64,000 nt of DNA from an uncultured delta proteobacterium (GTDB lineage Bacteria > Desulfobacterota > RBG-13-43-22), in NCBI GenBank assembly GCA_963843145.1, contig CAWJJC010000020.1, forward strand, positions 544,001-608,000, in the 5' to 3' direction. The notes beneath the pieces are model-generated. The model searched no databases. It saw only the letters and a program-made list of their open reading frames with translations, and had not been told where the DNA came from. The position numbers and the translations under genes are program-made. This document shows, piece by piece, positions 31,378-40,373 of the stretch (position 1 is the first letter of the stretch; every line of letters starts with the position of its first letter).

Positions 31378-31405
31378 TTAAACGACTGAGATTCGATTTT
31401 GTTCC
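31378..31405 (-). promoter_or_regulatory. ECF-type promoter GGAAC-N16-CGTTTAA
   Basis: The same motif with the same 16-nt spacer recurs at 32427-32454, 35040-35067 and 35645-35672. Confidence 0.7.
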
Positions 31406-31422
31406 CAAAATTCTTCTTCGTT

Positions 31423-31968
31423 TCAACCCTTTTTTTGCAGGAGCCTGCGCAACTCCTCCCGCGCCCTTGATAGCCTCGATTTCACGGTTCCGATGGAAGC
31501 CGGTAATGCCTCGGCAATCTCTTCATAGGAAAGTCCCTCGATCTCCTTCAGGACAATCACCGTTCGAAACTTCTTCGAGAGACTACGGAGTGCGGTCTCT
31601 ATCAGCCGGCCGGTTTCCTTTGATTGGACCAACCGTTCAGGAGAAGGTTGGTGGGTGGGTAGGTTGTCGACGGCAGATTCATCTTCGCAAGGCTCGGGGC
31701 GTGACTTTTTTTTATAGTCAAGACAGGTATTGACGGCGATGCGGTAAAGCCAGGTGTAAAAAGCGACGTCCGGCTTAAAATTCTTGAGAGCGACATACGC
31801 CTTGAGAAAACTGTCCTGCGCTGCATCCTGGGCTTCTTCGGCATCCAGAAGCATGTAGCGGCAGAGGTTGTATATCCTGTCTTGATATTTGCGGAGAAGC
31901 TCCTCGAAGGCCGGACGGTCGCCGCCCTTGAAGCGTCGGATCAGGTCTAGGTCGTCGGAAAAGGCCAC
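31423..31968 (-). CDS. ECF RNA polymerase sigma factor (intact)
   Basis: AQDAAQDSFLKAY...FYTWLYRIAVN; EIEGLSYEEIAE...GTVKSRLSRAR. Confidence 0.93.
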   Translation of the reverse strand: MAFSDDLDLIRRFKGGDRPAFEELLRKYQDRIYNLCRYMLLDAEEAQDAAQDSFLKAYVALKNFKPDVAFYTWLYRIAVNTCLDYKKKSRPEPCEDESAVDNLPTHQPSPERLVQSKETGRLIETALRSLSKKFRTVIVLKEIEGLSYEEIAEALPASIGTVKSRLSRAREELRRLLQKKG

Positions 31969-31975
31969 GGGTCCG

Positions 31976-32371
31976 TCACTTTTCGTCCTGCCGGATGGCG
32001 CCTCTCCTCAGGTAGCTCTTCGAAAACAGCCCGGCTCTGGTTCTTATAAAATAGGCATGAAGAACCGCAAATACCGCGAGAGGAGGATAGAGGACAACAG
32101 CGATCTTGAAGATAAAGAAAAAAGCCTCGGCCGTTGAATAATTCCCAAGGAGAGTGAGGAAGGCGTAGATTTTCGGCAAGGTGAAAAGCGGGATACAGAG
32201 AAGGGCGGCGAAGCGCAGGAACCGGAGCGCGGTCTGAGATAGGGCCAGCCAAATTGTGAACGACCTGGATTTATCATAAACCGCGGAAAAAATGATGGTG
32301 GTCAGGAAGACCGCCAAAGCCGGGGCCATATCCTTTGACCAGTCTCCCAGCTTTCTTGCTGTCAAGGGCAT
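31976..32371 (-). CDS. Small membrane protein (hypothetical, possibly internally deleted)
   Basis: AGGAG RBS before ATG at 32371; three hydrophobic segments. Confidence 0.5.
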   Translation of the reverse strand: MPLTARKLGDWSKDMAPALAVFLTTIIFSAVYDKSRSFTIWLALSQTALRFLRFAALLCIPLFTLPKIYAFLTLLGNYSTAEAFFFIFKIAVVLYPPLAVFAVLHAYFIRTRAGLFSKSYLRRGAIRQDEK

Positions 32372-32427
32372 AGCACTCCTCTTTCGAGTCCTTTCGTGCA
32401 AATCTATTCTCATTAACCCCATATTCT

Positions 32428-32990
32428 TTAACGATTGAGATTCGATATTGTTCCAAAAAACTTTCGTTGTTTCGTTTTTTTTTGCAGGAGCTTGAGCAAC
32501 TCTTCTCTCGCTCTTGAGATCCTTGATTTTATTGTCCCATCTGAGGTAGGCAGCACCTTGGCGTTTGCTTCGCAAGAAAGTCCTTCGATATCCCCCAGAA
32601 CGATATTGGCCCTCTAAAGGCCGGGCAATTGGTCCAGGACCATCTGGATGGACTGACAGGTCTTCTTCGATTGGTAGCATTGCTCCGAGGACGCCTCGGT
32701 TGAAGCCAGGTCCTCGGCCTGAGATTCATTTTTGAGGGGTTCGGGGCGAGATTTTCTTTTGTGGTCGAGACAGGTATTCACTCCAATGCGGTATAGCCAG
32801 GAGTAAAGAGAGGATTCAGGTCTGAAATCCATTAACTTCCGGTAGGCTTTAATAAATACCTCTTGGGCGGCATCCTCGGCATCCCGAGGATGGACCAGCA
32901 GGCAGCGGCAGAGGTTATAGATTCTATCTTAATATTTGACGATCCACTCGAAGATCGATTGATCGCCGTCTTTGAATTGCCTAATCAAAA
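32428..32990 (-). pseudogene. Degenerate ECF sigma factor copy
   Basis: Collinear and highly similar at the DNA level to 35040-35610 (e.g. DAEDAAQEVF, WLYRIGVNTCLDHKRK, GTIKSRISRAREEL); no start codon; in-frame TAA and TAG. Confidence 0.85.
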
Positions 32991-33012
32991 AGGAAGCGAT
33001 CCCCTGATGGGT

Positions 33013-33411
33013 TTACCAAAGACTTTGAACATGTCGATAATTCAAAATTCTTTGGTCCTTGGTAAAAATCGTGGCCTTTTCTTCTCGCGCCGTGGCCACG
33101 ATGATCTGATCAGCCGGGTCGTTATGGAATGGCCTTGGCAGTACCGTTGAGCGATAGGCGATCCTGGAGGTAAGCTGGACAAGTCTGAGCTTCGGCATTT
33201 CCAACGCGCCGGCGACCCACTCCTCCGGATTATAAGATATGCCGATCTTCCCTTTTTCTAAAAGCTTACAAAATTCCCAGGGTGAAATGACCGACAAAAG
33301 AAGTTCATCGTATTCGTCTTCATTCTCAATCAGTTTTGTGACTTTCCGCGATAAATTTTGGGGGCGCATATTCCACCAAACCCAGGTATGGGTATCGAGT
33401 AGGTATTTCAT
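33013..33411 (-). CDS. vapC: Type II TA toxin, VapC/PIN domain
   Basis: MKYLLDTHTWVWW...SVISPWE...HNDPADQIIVATA...TKD. Confidence 0.92.
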   Translation of the reverse strand: MKYLLDTHTWVWWNMRPQNLSRKVTKLIENEDEYDELLLSVISPWEFCKLLEKGKIGISYNPEEWVAGALEMPKLRLVQLTSRIAYRSTVLPRPFHNDPADQIIVATAREEKATIFTKDQRILNYRHVQSLW

Positions 33412-33641
33412 TGACCGGCTTCCCACAATTCTTCCCCCAGCGGGGTGACGATATCCTTTTCGAAGACGAAAGCATTGGCGAGTTTGCCTGGCGTTGATTT
33501 CATTTCCGATTTTCGAAAGGCCACCACTTGGGCCAAAGGGCTTCCCCTTTTGGTTATGACGATGGGTTCTTTGGATCTGGCCACCTCGTTTAGTACTTTT
33601 AACGCCTGGGCCTTAAATTTACTTATGGCCATGGTCTTCAT
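33408..33641 (-). CDS. Type II TA antitoxin, Phd/YefM family
   Basis: MAISKFKAQALKVLNEV...PIVITKRGSPLAQV; 4-nt overlap with vapC. Confidence 0.9.
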   Translation of the reverse strand: MKTMAISKFKAQALKVLNEVARSKEPIVITKRGSPLAQVVAFRKSEMKSTPGKLANAFVFEKDIVTPLGEELWEAGQ

Positions 33642-33688
33642 CTGACCACCCCCTTCTTCTCAGAAAATAGTCAATTAAAGTGGTCAAG

Positions 33689-34407
33689 TCAAGAAAAAAT
33701 GCCGCCGGATCTCACCCTTCGGCTCCCGGCGAAATAGATTGCCGCCCCCAGAAAGGCCTGAAAAAATACCAGGGTTTGCCCGGTCGGCAGATCAAAATAG
33801 TACGAAGCCAGGGTACCCCCTAAGTTAATTATTAATCCGTAAAGCCAGGCGATCCAGAGCCGATGCTTATCGAACAGGGTGATGGCCACCAGCGCCGGCC
33901 CCACCAGCAGGGCGAAGACTACCAGGACCCCGGCCAGCTTCACCGAACTGGTAATCGTCAGGGCAAAGAGAAGGAAGAATCCGGTATGGCGCAGGCGGCC
34001 TTCTCCGAGCCGGGTCAGACCCCAGAGGGCCAGACCGATCAGCGCGTATAACCCGGCCGTCAGCCCCACCTGGTCCAGTGAAACATACAAAAGGTCGCTG
34101 ACCAGCAACCGCTGGAATTCTTCCGCCCCGTGGGGCGACTTAGACAACAGCGGGAACACGGCGGAGATACCCAGGGCATACACCAGGCCGATAAAGGCCT
34201 CCGGGAATCTACCTCTCCTGGAAGCCAGGGAAATACACCAAGCCCCCAGCAGGGCGGCCAGGAGAGAACACCCGTAAAGATACCGGCCGCCTGCCCGACA
34301 GCCAGGTCGGTAAAAATGATCCCTCGGCGAATGATCTCCAGGCCGAAGTAGGCATGGATTCCCACCAGTACCAGGGACAGCAGGAAGGCTGAAAATAGAA
34401 TTCCCAT
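33689..34407 (-). pseudogene. Metal ABC transporter permease (ZnuB-like), frameshifted
   Basis: HAYFGLEIIRRGIIFTDLAVGQ in one frame; TSSVKLAGVLVVFALLVGPA...DLPTGQ in another. Confidence 0.78.
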
Positions 34408-34409
34408 CT

Positions 34410-34713
34410 ACCTTCCCAGCCGTTTAACGATTGTTTCAAACAGCATCACCAGATCCGTCGCCTCCGGGACCGCCCCGACATCGTGGGGCAGGGTTGTTAC
34501 CGGGATTCCCGTTTTTTCGGAAAGATAAGAGATCCTGGATCAGGAAAAGTCCAAGCCTTGTTGCTTGGCCTTTTCGGCCAGCCCTTCCAGATGCTTGGCT
34601 GAGGGAGGGATACCAGGTTTAGGCTCTATCGAACCGATCAGATTGAAAGCGTAGCGGGAGAGCAAGTAATAAAAAAGCGGGTGGTATTCGATCGCCCGCT
34701 TCCCTTTCAACGG
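34410..34713 (-). pseudogene. 3' remnant of a metal ABC substrate-binding protein
   Basis: LKGKRAIEYHPLFYYLL...IEPKPGIPPSAKHL, homologous to IELKPGIDPTARHI of the intact SBP at 37455-38387; the 5' part is replaced by an IS remnant. Confidence 0.75.
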
Positions 34714-34981
34714 CGACGCCCTAATCCCACCTCCCAACGTAAACATAAAACTTCTTTGATCTTGCGCATGGATAACCTCCGATTGGCCATTCCCGTTACC
34801 TCCCCTGTTGAGTTGGGAGGCAGGGTAGCACCAGATTTTATCCTGCGCCGCTGTTAACTGCTTCGATTCCGGCCTAGCTGTTTTACTGGTCAGTTTCCCG
34901 CCGGAATCGGTGGTCAGTTTGCTCCGGAATCACTGGTCAGTTTCGATCGGAATGAGTGGTCACTGTGGTCCGGAATACACA
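34714..34981 (-). mobile_element. IS21-family left end with truncated istA transposase start
   Basis: Terminus TGTGTATTCCG followed by four 23-24-bp repeats (ATTCCG...TGACCA; 34887-34981); ATG at 34790 gives MANRRLSMRKIKEVL, typical of the IstA N-terminus, cut after ~25 codons. Confidence 0.85.
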
Positions 34982-35004
34982 TATTAGCGGGATCGTAGAG
35001 AGAT

Positions 35005-35637
35005 TTAGCGTATTCTTCCTTTTTTCTCTCTCCATATTCTTAAACGATTAAGATTCGATATTGTTCCAAATACCTTTCCTTGTTTCGTATTTTTTTGCAG
35101 GAGCTTGAGCAACTCTTCTCTCGCTCTTGAGATCCTTGATTTTATTGTTCCATCTGAGGTATGTGGCACCTCATCCATATCCTCACAGGAAAGCCCTTCC
35201 ATCTCCCGCAGGACGATAACGGCTCTCGAATCCCAGGGCAATCGGTCCAGGGCCGCCTGGATGGCCCGACCGATTTCCTTCGATTGGTACCGCTACTCCG
35301 GAGACGCCTCGGTTGAAGCCAGGACCTCGGCCTGAGATTCATTTTTTAGGGGTTCGGGCCGAAATTTTCTCTTGTGGTCGAGGCAGGTATTGACCCCAAT
35401 ACGGTAAAGCCAGGTATATAGCGAGGATTCGGGTTTAAAATGTTTTAACTTGCGGTAACCTTTAAGGAATACCTCCTGGGCGGCATCTTCCGCGTCTTGA
35501 GGATTTCTAAGGAGATAACGGCAAAGATTATAGATTCTATCTTGATATTTTTTGATGATTATTTCGAAAATCGATAGATCGCCGTCTTGGAAATGCCTAA
35601 TTAAAGCGGGTTCATCTCGCTGGTCTTTGAGGCCCAT
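35005..35637 (-). pseudogene. ECF sigma factor copy with one in-frame TAG (35293-35295) and lost stop codon
   Basis: ORFs 35293-35637 and 35005-35241 are in the same frame; region 4 degenerate (LSCEDMDEVPHTSDGT); reads through into the downstream promoter. Confidence 0.8.
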
Positions 35638-35720
35638 ACACTATAATAACGTATCGGCCAGGATTTTGTTCCATCGAATTTAATAGGAGGTAAAATGGGC
35701 GAACGCGCAAACGGTTCAGT

Positions 35721-36611
35721 CTAAGCCTGGTGAGACCGTCGTGGGCCGCCGGAGAGCAGCTTGGAGATAATTCCGGCTAGGGCGTAGAGCAGGCCCAGGA
35801 GCACCACATCGGTCGGGCCGACCGGTAAATCCCATTGATAGGCGATCCAGAAGCCGAGAAAGGCGGCCGTGCCGCCGATCAAAGAGGCCAGCGTCGTGAA
35901 ATGGCGCATATTCCGGGCGAACAGATGCGCCGTCAGCGCGGGAATCAGCAGAAACCCGAAGGCGATCAGCGGACCGACACTGAGAACGGCCATGGACACG
36001 GTCAGGCCGATCAGTAAATAAAGCAACACGTCCCAGAAAACGACATTTTTGCGAAGGGTAATGGCCAGCACGCGGTCGAACGAGACGAGGAGCAACTCCT
36101 TGTGGAACAGGCCGAGCACGGCGAGAACGAGGGTCAGGGTGGCTAAGGTCAGCCCGAGATCGAAATTGGAGATGGTAATGACCTCTCCCTTCAGCAGGTC
36201 CAGCCAGCCGATTTCGCCGTAGGGGTTTTTTGACAGCAACAGGATGCTCAAGGCGGAGGCCACGACGTAGGTGGTGCCAAGTCGACCCTCGGGCAGACCG
36301 CCCCCGCGTCGTTCCAGAAAGGCCAGTACCAGGATTGCGGTTAAGGAGAAGATCGTCGAGCCAACAAAAGCCAGCACGTGGGCACTTTGCGAGCCGTGAT
36401 CGGTCAGCTTGAATCCGAACCATAAGGGAAACGAGAGGGTGATAGCAATGCCCGTAGAGGAAATCTGCGGCAGGGCTACACCCATGAACACCAACCGGCG
36501 CATCACCAGAAACACACCGACGAGGGGGCAAGCGAACCCGACGAGCACGCTGGCATAAACCGAGTTACGCAGCAGAAAATCGGGTGAGAGCATCTGAAAT
36601 AACGTTTCCAT
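35721..36611 (-). CDS. Metal ABC transporter permease (ZnuB/MntB-like)
   Basis: METLFQ start; GVFLVMRRLVFMGVALPQ; SFDRVLA; DLPVGPT. Confidence 0.9.
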   Translation of the reverse strand: METLFQMLSPDFLLRNSVYASVLVGFACPLVGVFLVMRRLVFMGVALPQISSTGIAITLSFPLWFGFKLTDHGSQSAHVLAFVGSTIFSLTAILVLAFLERRGGGLPEGRLGTTYVVASALSILLLSKNPYGEIGWLDLLKGEVITISNFDLGLTLATLTLVLAVLGLFHKELLLVSFDRVLAITLRKNVVFWDVLLYLLIGLTVSMAVLSVGPLIAFGFLLIPALTAHLFARNMRHFTTLASLIGGTAAFLGFWIAYQWDLPVGPTDVVLLGLLYALAGIISKLLSGGPRRSHQA

Positions 36612-36612
36612 G

Positions 36613-37314
36613 TCAACCGATCTCCATTTTAAACATTTCCGCCATCCTCTCCCGGGTGAGCAGTTCGTCTGTGGGACCGTGGAGCACCCGGCCCTCGTGA
36701 AGCCAGATGACTTGCTCGGCGTGACGGCGCACCACCGTGAAGTCGTGGGTGACGAGCAATATGGTGATCTTCTTTTCCTTACGGATCTGGACAATAAAAT
36801 CCAGCACCGCCTTGGTCGCGGCTTGGTCCACACCCGCGGTGGGTTCGTCGAGCACCAGGACGTCGGGACGCGTCGTCAGGGCTCGGGCGATGAGCACTCG
36901 TTGCTTCTGGCCGCCGGAGAGCTCGGCAAAGCGTTTCTCGGCAAAGGCTTCCGCACCGGCCGCGCCCAGGCATTCCCGCGTGAAGGCCCGTTCGGTCGGC
37001 GGGACAAAATGCCCGGGTCGGACGCGCCCGTAGGCGCCCATCAGGGCTACCTCGAACCCGGTCAACAGATAAACCGGATCGAACTGACTGGCTTGAGGGA
37101 CGTAACCGAAGACGAGCGGTCCGGAGTCCAGGCGGCCCGCGATGGGGGGAAGCAGGCCAAGTATCGTCTTAAGCAGGGTCGATTTACCCGAACCGTTGAT
37201 ACCCAGAATGGCGGTGAAGCTGGCCCGGATAAGGGAGAGCGAAATTCCGGACAATACCGACTGCCCGTTATAGCCTATACTCAAGTTGTCCAGTGTGATC
37301 AGTGTTTCTTCCAT
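36613..37314 (-). CDS. Metal ABC transporter ATP-binding protein (ZnuC-like)
   Basis: GINGSGKST, GYVPQ, LSGGQKQRVLIARAL, LDEPTAGVD. Confidence 0.93.
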   Translation of the reverse strand: MEETLITLDNLSIGYNGQSVLSGISLSLIRASFTAILGINGSGKSTLLKTILGLLPPIAGRLDSGPLVFGYVPQASQFDPVYLLTGFEVALMGAYGRVRPGHFVPPTERAFTRECLGAAGAEAFAEKRFAELSGGQKQRVLIARALTTRPDVLVLDEPTAGVDQAATKAVLDFIVQIRKEKKITILLVTHDFTVVRRHAEQVIWLHEGRVLHGPTDELLTRERMAEMFKMEIG

Positions 37315-37325
37315 GGGTCTTTCAA

Positions 37326-37359
37326 GGGGATCCGCCCGGACCAGGCCCGGTGGATCCCC
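37326..37359. other. Intergenic GC-rich hairpin between the SBP and ATPase genes
   Basis: GGGGATCC...GGATCCCC arms; position is typical of a hairpin that stabilises the SBP mRNA (inference). Confidence 0.5.
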
Positions 37360-37454
37360 CGCTCCTTAGATTCTAACATCCATTGTTCTGAGAATTTGTC
37401 TTTTAAAGTGGTTTTTGTTACAGCCAAAAAAATTTCAAATTTTTTTGGCTAGGT

Positions 37455-38387
37455 TTATTTCCTGCCTTGAATGGCAGTGACCAGGGTGTGAATGATGTAG
37501 TCCATCATCTTGATGTAGGTCTCCGTACCCGGTACGCCGCCCGGCATGATGGGCAAGGTAATCAGGGTTGCCCCGGTCTGTTCGGCGATGCGTTTCGGGA
37601 CCTTTTCGGGAAACTGCGGCTCCCGTACGACGATCGGAACATGCTTGGCTTTCATCTCGGTGATCAATTCCTCGATATGACGGGCCGTCGGATCGATACC
37701 CGGCTTCAGTTCAATCGTGCCGAAATAGTCCAGGCCAAAGCGCTCCGCGAAATAGGGCCAATGCTCGTGGTAGGATACGAACTTGACGCCTTTGAGCGGT
37801 TTGGCTTCTTTCTCCCACTCGGCAATCTTGGCGTTGAGCCTGCCGAGATAGGCGCCGCGATTGCGTATGAATTCTCCTTTATATTGGGGGGCGAAGGTTA
37901 CCAGGGCGTTGGTAATATTCTCGACCGCGGTCTTGGCCAATACCGGGTCGAGCATGTAGTGCGGGTTGCCGTAGGGATGGACGTCGCCCTCGTAGTGCCC
38001 GGTCGACCGGGGTACATCGCGGGGGATGATGCCCTTCGAGCAGTCCACGTAGCCGGGGGTACCGATCTGGATTCGCGGATTCTTGCTGGCTTCCAGCAGC
38101 GCGGGCAGGAAGGCGTGCTCGCAATCGAACCCGATCAGGATCAAGAGGTCCGCCCGGTTCATTACCGGCACGAAGCTGGGTTTCATCGGGACCCCGTGGG
38201 TGTCTTCGATGCCCGTGGCCAGGCTGCGCACCTCGACCAAATCCCCGCCGACGGCTCGCGTCAGATCCGCCAGGTCGGTCAGGGTCGTAACGATACGGAT
38301 TTTAGCTCCCTGAGCAGGCAGGGCCCACCCGGACCCGATCCCGATGAGGACGATGATCGTTATGATAAAGAATAATCTTGATTTCAT
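37455..38387 (-). CDS. Metal ABC substrate-binding protein (ZnuA/TroA family)
   Basis: Signal peptide; EDTHGVPMKP, GDVHPYGNPHYMLDP, YHEHWPYF. Confidence 0.92.
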   Translation of the reverse strand: MKSRLFFIITIIVLIGIGSGWALPAQGAKIRIVTTLTDLADLTRAVGGDLVEVRSLATGIEDTHGVPMKPSFVPVMNRADLLILIGFDCEHAFLPALLEASKNPRIQIGTPGYVDCSKGIIPRDVPRSTGHYEGDVHPYGNPHYMLDPVLAKTAVENITNALVTFAPQYKGEFIRNRGAYLGRLNAKIAEWEKEAKPLKGVKFVSYHEHWPYFAERFGLDYFGTIELKPGIDPTARHIEELITEMKAKHVPIVVREPQFPEKVPKRIAEQTGATLITLPIMPGGVPGTETYIKMMDYIIHTLVTAIQGRK

Positions 38388-38409
38388 GTTGAGGTCCTCC
38401 TTTTCCGGG

Positions 38410-39798
38410 TCAACGTTGTTGCCAGCCATGCGCGTGTGAGCCGATGATCCAGGTCCATTGCAGATAAACGGCATCATCGGGGCGTAGGCCGGTCGCGGCA
38501 TTGTTATCGGTGTGGGTGTATTGAAGGCGCAGTTGATTCCAGTGGCTCAAGGACCAGGTGAGGTAGGGAGAGTAGGCGGAGGTCTTGGCTTCGTTATTCT
38601 GCGCGCTCTCCACCCAGTCATAGGCGAACCCGGCTGTCCATTCCCGATGGAATTTGTAAGCGAGATACGAATACAGACCCCAGGACCCCACGGAGCGGCT
38701 GAAAAGGTCGCCGCCGGCGGCCTGAACGTCATAGCGGTTGTCGCTATAGAGCACTTCCGTTCCCCAAGTGAGGCTCTGGAACTGATTGTTGCGCAACGGC
38801 CGCCAGCTCAGCACGAAGTCTGCTCCGTACAGACGGCGTTCCCGTTCGGAGAGCGTGCTGCCGTCTGGTTGAAGCAGCGGGCCTCCACGGTCATTGGCAC
38901 TCGGATTCCACAGCCCCGAGAGGCCGGGTTCAAAGGAAATGTCGGGGGTCAGGTCAAAATAGGTGGAGGCGCGGCCCCAAAAGTTCAACCCGCTGAAGGC
39001 GCGGAAATCGCCGACATTATTAGGTGCATCACCGAACTGATCACCCGCGCCCACGGTCAGACTCACGTAATGCGGGATCGGCAGCAGGTAATTGACCTGA
39101 ATCCCGTCTGTTTTCGATTCGCCGCCGATGTATCGATCGAGCACCAGCGGACGGTTCACAAAGGGCAGTTCATGATCGTGGATGTATGCCAACCGACCAA
39201 ATTCACCAAAGAATCGTCCCCCCTGCACCGTCAGGTTCCAGGGCAGCGAGGTCGTGACAATGGCCGCCTCCTCCACGGTGGCGGCTGATTCGCCGGTAAT
39301 CGGGTCGGCGGAAGCATTGATCACCGCATAACCGCGAGCAAAGGGATCGACCGAGGCGGCCAGGTTCAGTTCTACCGAACGCTGGAAGACGTCGAACCCG
39401 CCGGGCCGGTCGCTGCCCGTGTCATTCTTTCCCTGGCTCCGGTAGGAGAAAACCGTTTCACCCACGAGCCCGATGGACGGGTTGAACTCGCTGGGCAGGG
39501 TCTTCTTTTGCGCTTCGGCTACCTGATCCACCTTCTCTTTCAACTCCTGTACTTGCTGCTGCATCTGTACGGGCGCTACGGGTTGATTCGTGGCGGTTCC
39601 AGCGGAGGAAGCAGGAGACTGGGTCTGTTTGATGGTCGCTTTTAATTCTTCAATCATCTTTCGTTGCTCAGAAAGGGCTTGTTCCTGTTTTTTGAGAGTC
39701 TCCTCAAGAATTTTTATTCGATCATCCGATGTCTGAGCAAACAGGCTTGTCGAAAACGATAAAAACACCAATACGACAAGTGTAATCATGGTCTTCAT
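38410..39798 (-). CDS. Outer-membrane beta-barrel (porin-like) protein associated with metal ABC importers
   Basis: Signal peptide, N-terminal coiled coil, FNPSIGL...ASVDPF...EEAAI...HDHELPFVNRP, C-terminal IGSHAH. Confidence 0.75.
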   Translation of the reverse strand: MKTMITLVVLVFLSFSTSLFAQTSDDRIKILEETLKKQEQALSEQRKMIEELKATIKQTQSPASSAGTATNQPVAPVQMQQQVQELKEKVDQVAEAQKKTLPSEFNPSIGLVGETVFSYRSQGKNDTGSDRPGGFDVFQRSVELNLAASVDPFARGYAVINASADPITGESAATVEEAAIVTTSLPWNLTVQGGRFFGEFGRLAYIHDHELPFVNRPLVLDRYIGGESKTDGIQVNYLLPIPHYVSLTVGAGDQFGDAPNNVGDFRAFSGLNFWGRASTYFDLTPDISFEPGLSGLWNPSANDRGGPLLQPDGSTLSERERRLYGADFVLSWRPLRNNQFQSLTWGTEVLYSDNRYDVQAAGGDLFSRSVGSWGLYSYLAYKFHREWTAGFAYDWVESAQNNEAKTSAYSPYLTWSLSHWNQLRLQYTHTDNNAATGLRPDDAVYLQWTWIIGSHAHGWQQR

Positions 39799-39877
39799 GA
39801 TGGCACCTCCACTTATTCAGTTTTCTGATGAAAGGTCTCTTGGATTCTTAGAGCAAAGTCGTTTTGGCTTTAGGAAA

Positions 39878-40159
39878 CTACGCGGGGGGAGCTCGATTTG
39901 AATAAAGAGCGTGGGAAAGACCGCGATAGGCGATCGTTTTTTCGCATAAGATAAGGAAAATAACGAAAATTATCAGTGCAATATAAGGAACATCGGCTAA
40001 CGCCACATTGGCTTGGTGGAGGACATTAAAGCAGAGGGAACAATCATCATGGGGGACGCCATCCTGGTGGTGATGAAAGGCGAGTCCCAGAATGGAGAGA
40101 ACAAAACAGAGGAGCAGGAAAAGCGCAAATTTTGATTGGTATTTTTTAACAAGCCGCAT
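39878..40159 (-). CDS. DUF2946-like leader peptide (His-rich, CxxC, C-terminal RAPP)
   Basis: TM helix, HHHQDGVPHDDCSLC, C-terminal SNRAPPA; first gene of the importer operon. Confidence 0.8.
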   Translation of the reverse strand: MRLVKKYQSKFALFLLLCFVLSILGLAFHHHQDGVPHDDCSLCFNVLHQANVALADVPYIALIIFVIFLILCEKTIAYRGLSHALYSNRAPPA

Positions 40160-40373
40160 ATCTTAATGGCAATATAAAGGAAATTGGGAAATTGGGAAAG
40201 GAATTTTTTCATCCCAATTTCTTTTTAGGTTCCAATCCGGCCCCCGTGTATTCAAATCATTTCGGAGGCAGGTCCGGCCCGGGAGGCATCAAAGGCCTCT
40301 ACGTTTGGGCCAGCTATAGATAAAACAGGTAAGTCCAGCCAGGCCAAATACCGATCTTTAATTCTAGGCCAGC

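Noticed and set aside
34887-34981. Four 23-24-bp repeats as a mini-CRISPR or iterons
   Set aside because: No unique spacers; TG terminus and adjacent IstA start identify them as IS21 transposase-binding repeats.
35293-35295. In-frame TAG in the sigma copy as pyrrolysine or programmed read-through
   Set aside because: The sister copy has CAA here, region 4 is eroded and the normal stop is lost; nonsense mutation or error is simpler.
37467-39288. Long plus-strand ORFs (302 aa, 258 aa) opposite the metal-import genes
   Set aside because: Antisense shadows typical of GC-rich coding DNA; no recognisable motifs.
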